Shown in pieces: positions 55,920-64,000 of a stretch of DNA of 64,000 bases. Position numbers and translations under genes: made by a program. This DNA is from Nannocystis pusilla (GTDB lineage: Bacteria; Myxococcota_A; Polyangia; Nannocystales; Nannocystaceae), in assembly GCF_051105105.1 (NCBI RefSeq), contig NZ_CP185339.1; one strand, written 5' to 3'. Position 1 is the first letter of the stretch, and each line of letters starts with the position of its first letter. Under the pieces are notes generated by a model. The model was not told the origin of the DNA and did no database searches. It was given only the letters and a program-made list of their open reading frames with translations.

Positions 55920-56719
55920 GCCCCGGCTCCGAGCGTGCACTGCCAGCCGACCGCGAGGTGCGGCTCCAGGGCGACGCGCGCCGGGGCGCCGGCGGCCAGC
56001 GCCTCGACCAGGGCGAGCGCGGCGGCGCAGGGGTTCTGGGCCAGGGCGGCCGGGACCGGACGCGGCGCGGGGAGCATGTCGCTGGGGCCATGTTCGAGGC
56101 GACATGTCCTCGCCGGCATGTCGCCGGGGACAGGCGCCGACAGGGCGAAGGCGGCGGCGAACGGGTCCCAGCGGCGGCCGGCGGCCAGCGGCTCGGGCAG
56201 CGGCTCCTCGGCGATCACGAGCACGACGTCGCCCTCGCCGGCGGCGACGAGGGCGGCGCACTCGACGAGGCCCATGGCGAGGGTGCTGCGGCCGGCCGAC
56301 AGCGCGGCGTTGCCGGCCCGGTTGCCGGTGGCGATCGACACGTAGCCGGCGGCCGTGTTGTGGACGCTGTTGTGGAACTTGGTCGGCGACAGCGGCTCGC
56401 CGGCGACGAGCAGGGCGGCGAGGAGGTCGAGGGTGGTGCGGATCTCGCCGTAGACGGAGCCGTACACGAGGGTGGCCGCGGCCCGGTCGACGCCGCCGTC
56501 CTGCAGCGCCTGGGCCGCGACCTCGGCGGCCATGCGGGTGAGCAGGCTGGTGCGCCGGCGCATCATCGGCGGCAGCAGCTCGGCCTTCGGGGCGGCCGGC
56601 TCGGTCGGAGGCGCCTGTCCTTCGGGCCAGGTGTCGGGCCGGGCCCGCCAGGCGGCGAGGTCGGGGTAGCCGGGGGTCCAAAACCCGAGGCCGCGGACGG
56701 TGAAGGCGAGCGCGCTCAT
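55916..56719 (-). CDS. beta-ketoacyl synthase-like chain-length-factor-type protein (no active-site Cys)
   Basis: KS N-terminal-domain similarity without the C-H-H triad; overlaps the dehydratase start. Confidence 0.5.
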   Translation of the reverse strand: MSALAFTVRGLGFWTPGYPDLAAWRARPDTWPEGQAPPTEPAAPKAELLPPMMRRRTSLLTRMAAEVAAQALQDGGVDRAAATLVYGSVYGEIRTTLDLLAALLVAGEPLSPTKFHNSVHNTAAGYVSIATGNRAGNAALSAGRSTLAMGLVECAALVAAGEGDVVLVIAEEPLPEPLAAGRRWDPFAAAFALSAPVPGDMPARTCRLEHGPSDMLPAPRPVPAALAQNPCAAALALVEALAAGAPARVALEPHLAVGWQCTLGAGA

Positions 56720-56734
56720 GCCGGGCCCCCGACG

Positions 56735-56860
56735 AGGCGCGGTGCCAGGGCTGAACTTCGGGACATGGTCCGGAGGACCTGCCCGAAAGTGCGGTCGAGC
56801 AAACGCCTCCGGGGAGGTGTCGAAGAGGACATGTCCCGATGGCCCTGTCGGAAAGTGCGG
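56735..56860. repeat. GGACATGTCC-family palindromes and a duplicated CCTGYCSGAAAGTGCGG unit in the KAS/CLF intergenic region
   Basis: Seen directly in the sequence. Confidence 0.35.
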
Positions 56861-56864
56861 GCGA

Positions 56865-58046
56865 TCATGCCGGGCCTCCGACGAGGACGCTGCAGTTGCT
56901 GCCGCCGAACGCGAACGAGTTGCTGAGCGCGGCGCGGGTGGGGACGTCGCGGCGGGCGGTGACGACGTTGACCGCGAGGGTGTCGTCGAGCGGGTCGGCG
57001 CCGACGCTGGCGGGCAGGTAGCGGCCGGCGATGGCGTCGACGACGAAGGCGACCTCGGTGGCGCCGGCCGCCCCGAGCATGTGCCCGGTGTAGCCCTTGG
57101 TGGCGACGACGGCGGGCGCGGGTGCCCCGGCGAACACCGCCCGGATCGCCGCGCTCTCCATGCTGTCGTTCTGCTTGGTGCCGGTGCCGTGGGCGTTGAC
57201 GTGGTCGACGTTGGCGGCGATAAGGCCGGCGTGCCCGAGCGCGCGCTCCATCGCCAGGCGCGCGCCGAGGCCCTCGGGGTGCGGGCTCGTCATGTGGTAG
57301 GCGTCGGAGCTCTCGCCGACGCCGAGCAGGCGGGCCGGGCCGTCACCTGTCCGTTCGACCAGGAGCAGCGCGGCGCCCTCGCCGATGTTGATGCCGGCCC
57401 GCTCGCTCGAGAACGGACGACATGGCCGCGAGGACAGGACCTCGAGGCCCGCGAAGCCGCGCACGGTGAGGCGGCACAGGCTGTCGACGCCGCCGACCAG
57501 GACCGCGTCGCACAGGCCGGCGGCGAGCAGCCGCTGGGCCGAGGCGAACACCTTGGCGGACGAGGAGCAGGCGGTCGAGACGACGTAGGCCGGGCCGCCG
57601 AGGCCGCCGCCGAGGACGCGGGCGACGTGCAGGACGGCGTCGAGGGCGTGCGAGGTCTCGACGTTGTAGGCGGCCGGGAGGGCGCCGCCGTGGGCCTGCG
57701 CGTGGGCGTAGGCGGTCTCGCTGGCCTCGATGCCGCCGGTGCTGGTGCCGAGGACGACGGCGACGCGGTCCGAGCCCCAGCGGGCGCGCGCGCGGTCCAG
57801 CGGGGCCTGCAGCTCGGCCAGCGCGACGGCGGCGATCCGCGCCTGCCGGGTGTCGCGGACCGGGCCGAGGAAGCCGGGCAGCGGCGGCAGCGGGGTCGGG
57901 ATGGCGCCGACGACCGCGTCGAGCTCGAACTCGGCGGGGCACGGACCGAGCCCGGAGCGACCGGCGCGCAAGGCGGCGAGCACCGCGGCGGTGCTGTCGC
58001 CCATGCCGTTGCACAGGGCCATGGCAGTGATGGGGTACGGCTGCAT
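56865..58046 (-). CDS. beta-ketoacyl-ACP synthase (KAS II-like)
   Basis: Active-site block VSTACSSS, HGTGT and GHMLGAAG motifs. Confidence 0.75.
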   Translation of the reverse strand: MQPYPITAMALCNGMGDSTAAVLAALRAGRSGLGPCPAEFELDAVVGAIPTPLPPLPGFLGPVRDTRQARIAAVALAELQAPLDRARARWGSDRVAVVLGTSTGGIEASETAYAHAQAHGGALPAAYNVETSHALDAVLHVARVLGGGLGGPAYVVSTACSSSAKVFASAQRLLAAGLCDAVLVGGVDSLCRLTVRGFAGLEVLSSRPCRPFSSERAGINIGEGAALLLVERTGDGPARLLGVGESSDAYHMTSPHPEGLGARLAMERALGHAGLIAANVDHVNAHGTGTKQNDSMESAAIRAVFAGAPAPAVVATKGYTGHMLGAAGATEVAFVVDAIAGRYLPASVGADPLDDTLAVNVVTARRDVPTRAALSNSFAFGGSNCSVLVGGPA

Positions 58047-58070
58047 GAGGGCGAGGGCGGGCGCGGCCGA

Positions 58071-59330
58071 TCAGAGGCCGGGGGCCGGGAAGGCGCGCAG
58101 GAACTCGCGCACGCGGCCGCGGTGGACCTCGCAGCGCGCGTCGTCGGCGTTCTCGACGGCGAGGGCGATGCCGTCGGCGATCAGGTCGGCGACGATCGGC
58201 ATGTGATGGGTCTCGATGCCGCGCGAGGTGATCGCGGCCAGGCCGATCCGCAGGCCCGAGGGGTCGAACGGCTTGCGCGGGTCGAACGGGATGGCGTTGG
58301 CGTTGAGCTCGATGCCGCAGCGGTTGAGCACGCGGGCGACGTGGCGGCCGCCCTGGCCGGTGGGCGTGAGATCGAGGAGCAGCAGGTGGTCGTCGGTGCC
58401 GCCCGACACGAGGACGTGGCCGCGGGCGATCAGGGCCTCGGCGAGGGCCTGGGCGTTGGCGACGATCTGGCGGGCGTAGTCGCGGAAGCTCGGCTGCAGC
58501 GCCTCGCGGAAGGCGACGGCCTTGGCGGCGGTGGTGTGGCAGTGCGGGCCGCCTTGCAGGCCGGGGAACACCGCCTTGTCGATCGCGGCCGCGTGCTCGG
58601 CCTTGCTGAGGATCAGGCCGCCGCGCGGGCCGCGGAGCGTCTTGTGCGTGGTGGTGGTGACGACGTTGGCGTGCGGCACGGGGCTCGGGTGCGCGCCGCC
58701 GGCGACGAGGCCGGCGATGTGCGCGATGTCGGCCGCGAGGTAGGCCCCGACCTCGCGCGCGATCGCGGCGAAGCCGGCGAAGTCGAGCTGGCGCGGGTAG
58801 GCCGAGTGACCGACCCAGATCAGCTTGGGCCGGTTGGCGAGCGCGAGGCTGCGGACCTCGTCGAGGTCGATGCGGTGGTCGTCGCGGCGGACGCCGTACT
58901 GGACGGCCTTGTAGTAGATGCCGGTGGCGCTGACCTTCCAGCCGTGGGTGAGGTGACCGCCCGCGGGGAGAGCCAGCCCCATGATGGTGTCGCCGGTCTG
59001 GCACAGGGCGAGCAGCGCGGCCAGGTTGGCCGGCGACCCGCTGTAGGGCTGGACGTTGGCGTGATCGGCCCCGAACAGCTCGCGCGCGCGGGCGACGGCC
59101 AGCGACTCGATCGGGTCGACGAAGTCCATGCCCTCGTAGTAGCGCTTGCCCGGGTAGCCCTCGGCGTACTTGTTGGTGAGGCTGGTGCCGGTCGCGGCGA
59201 GCACGGCCTTCGACACGTAATTCTCGCTGGCGATGAGGCGCAGGCTGTCGCGCTGGCGCGCGTCCTCCTGCTCGATCAGCGCGAAAATCTCGGGGTCGGC
59301 GGCGGAGAGCTCGGGATCGCGGGCGTGCAC
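58071..59330 (-). CDS. glyA: serine hydroxymethyltransferase
   Basis: TTTTHKTLRGPRGG PLP-lysine motif, 419 aa. Confidence 0.85.
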   Translation of the reverse strand: MHARDPELSAADPEIFALIEQEDARQRDSLRLIASENYVSKAVLAATGTSLTNKYAEGYPGKRYYEGMDFVDPIESLAVARARELFGADHANVQPYSGSPANLAALLALCQTGDTIMGLALPAGGHLTHGWKVSATGIYYKAVQYGVRRDDHRIDLDEVRSLALANRPKLIWVGHSAYPRQLDFAGFAAIAREVGAYLAADIAHIAGLVAGGAHPSPVPHANVVTTTTHKTLRGPRGGLILSKAEHAAAIDKAVFPGLQGGPHCHTTAAKAVAFREALQPSFRDYARQIVANAQALAEALIARGHVLVSGGTDDHLLLLDLTPTGQGGRHVARVLNRCGIELNANAIPFDPRKPFDPSGLRIGLAAITSRGIETHHMPIVADLIADGIALAVENADDARCEVHRGRVREFLRAFPAPGL

Positions 59331-59540
59331 GCCCGAGGTTTTCCTGCTCGAAGGGCCGCGGAGTCAAGCCCGGCGCGCCGCGTCGGCCGGTCCCGACGAG
59401 GGCCCCGAGTTCGCCGCAGGCCCGGACGGCGAATGCCGTTTCGCGTCCCGCCGCGGCGGCGCTGCAGCCGCTCCCCTGCAAACAGGGGCGCCGCGCGCCT
59501 CCAGGCCCACAACGCCGCCGGGCCTTGATACCATGCAGGC

Positions 59541-62519
<2,979 letters not shown>

Positions 62520-62761
62520 GGCGGCGCGGCCGCGCCCGGGTCCTCCTGAGATGACTGTTTGGACATGTTCGGTCGGGCATGTCCGATAGATCTCCTTACA
62601 TCGTCGCAAGCAGGCGCACCCGCGCGAGCGATCCTGGCCGGCGCGCCGACGCGCGCGTGCGATGTAACGTGTTTGTATGTACCTGCGACTGATCCAGGAG
62701 GGGGTCGGGCTACGCTCATTCGGCCGGGGACCGGGCGTGATGGGCCCGGGGACAGAAGGCA

Positions 62762-63397
62762 ATGCCGACACCGAAGATGAAGCGAGATCTGGTCCTGAAG
62801 ACGGGGGTCGCGGCGGGGCCCGTGGCCAACCTCGACATCGACCTGAACGCGTCGTTCACGACCGAGCTGACCGGGACGACGATCGTCTGGGAGGACGAGA
62901 GCTCGAGCGATCCCGAGGAGCAGACCAAGTTCAAGATGTCCTTCCTCAACGTCGGCGGCGCGAACGTCGGCGCCCTCACCATCAAGCTGGTCGGCAACCC
63001 GAGCCCCGACGTGCCGGCGACGGTGACCAAGACGGCCCGCCAGGTCACCGATCCGACGGCCACCACCGGCACCGTGACCCTGCTCGACCCGGCCGACGAC
63101 ACCTTCGAGCGGGTGTGGCGGCAGGCGGTCAACAACTCGCGGGTCCAGGTGCTCGACAACGTGGCCAAGATCGACATCCGGGCCAAGGCCGAGGCCGGCT
63201 ACACCGTGAATCAGGCTGTCGGCACGGCGACCGACAACAGCCTGATCGTCAACTACGCCTTCGTCGATGCCACCGGCACCGCGGCGGTGTCGGGCAGCGT
63301 CCGCTTCGACACCTCGTCGACGGCGTCCGCGGGTTACACGCTCGGCAACGTCCGGGTCGTCGACACCGACTCGGGCGCGAGCCGCCGGCGCCGCTAG
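62762..63397 (+). CDS. hypothetical protein (Thr/Val-rich, no signal peptide), preceded by a lower-GC patch
   Basis: Non-repetitive ORF with protein-like composition. Confidence 0.4.
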   Translation: MPTPKMKRDLVLKTGVAAGPVANLDIDLNASFTTELTGTTIVWEDESSSDPEEQTKFKMSFLNVGGANVGALTIKLVGNPSPDVPATVTKTARQVTDPTATTGTVTLLDPADDTFERVWRQAVNNSRVQVLDNVAKIDIRAKAEAGYTVNQAVGTATDNSLIVNYAFVDATGTAAVSGSVRFDTSSTASAGYTLGNVRVVDTDSGASRRRR

Positions 63398-63547
63398 CGT
63401 CGGCGCGGGCGGACCTCGGCGGCTGCGCGATCGGACAGGCTCCGATGCGCGGCCGCGCGGCGCGTCCCCCGGGGCGGACGCGTGTCCTACCTCGGAGCTC
63501 GATCTACGCCGTCGATCGCGTCGGCCGACGCGGTGTATCCTTGACGG

Positions 63548-64000
63548 CATGATCGCGGGCCCGCCCTTGATTGAGCCGGCGTCGCCGCGGCTGGTGCCGG
63601 TGTGGCGCGAGCTGCTGTGCGACGGCATCACCCCCGTCGAGGTCTACGCCCGCTTGCGGGCCTACGCGCGCGGCGGCGGCTCGGGGCCGCCCGACCTGCC
63701 CGGCGTCAGCTTCCTGCTCGAGAGCGCGGGCGGGGCCGGCGAGCGGTGGGCCCGCTACAGCGTGGTCGGCGTCGGCGCGCGGGCCCACGTGCGCGGGGTG
63801 TGGAACGGCTACGACCTCGACGTGACGATCACGCCGGGGCCCGGCTTCTCGCTGCCGCCTGGGGTCGAGACGAAGAGCCGCGGCCTGGCCGGCATCGCCG
63901 CGCTGCAGCGGGCCTACGAGAGCCCGCCGCGGCCCGATCTGCCGCGCTTCTGGGGCGGCCTGGTCGGCGTGTGGGGCCACGACGCGGCGCGGGTGTTCGA
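63548..64000 (+). CDS. anthranilate synthase component I / aminodeoxychorismate synthase family, 3' partial
   Basis: N-terminal SFLLESA...RYS motif of chorismate-binding enzymes; the ORF runs off the window end. Confidence 0.6.

Overview
This is a 64 kb window of very GC-rich (~70%) chromosomal DNA. Several signatures point to a myxobacterium: proteins carrying MYXO-CTERM, PEGA and ADYC domains, many eukaryotic-like Ser/Thr kinases, a sigma-54 enhancer-binding protein, Thr-rich lipoprotein linkers and futalosine-pathway genes. I found no rRNA, tRNA, CRISPR array or transposase. About 60 protein genes can be supported; the long Arg/Pro/Gly-rich ORFs in the track are antisense artefacts of the high GC content.

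Notable content:
1. An approximately 11 kb minus-strand lipid operon (4089-15256): PlsC acyltransferase, DAGK-type lipid kinase, two adenylating enzymes, ACP, crotonase, pyruvyl-transferase-like protein, two fatty acyl reductases and a HAD phosphatase. It looks like an ether-lipid or fatty-alcohol-type ElbD pathway split into separate genes.
2. A sigma-54 module: a GAF-domain enhancer-binding protein, then a near-consensus -24/-12 promoter driving a flotillin gene, followed downstream by a tandem array of five imperfect TGTCC-N4-GGACA inverted-repeat units upstream of a second sigma-54-like promoter.
3. A genome-wide family of GGACATGTCC-type palindromes.
4. A type-II FAS/PKS-like set (KAS, CLF, dehydratase, FabG) next to a flavin-halogenase-like gene.
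5. An HcnABC-like three-component flavo-iron-sulfur oxidase.
6. A divergent ParE-like toxin and antitoxin pair.

At least 18 genes are broken by single-base indels. Thirteen of these fall at just three palindromic motifs, read as GAACGTC, GAATC and GAGGCTC where GACGTC, GATC and GAGCTC restore the frame. This looks like a motif-specific, probably methylation-linked, base-calling artefact rather than real pseudogenes.
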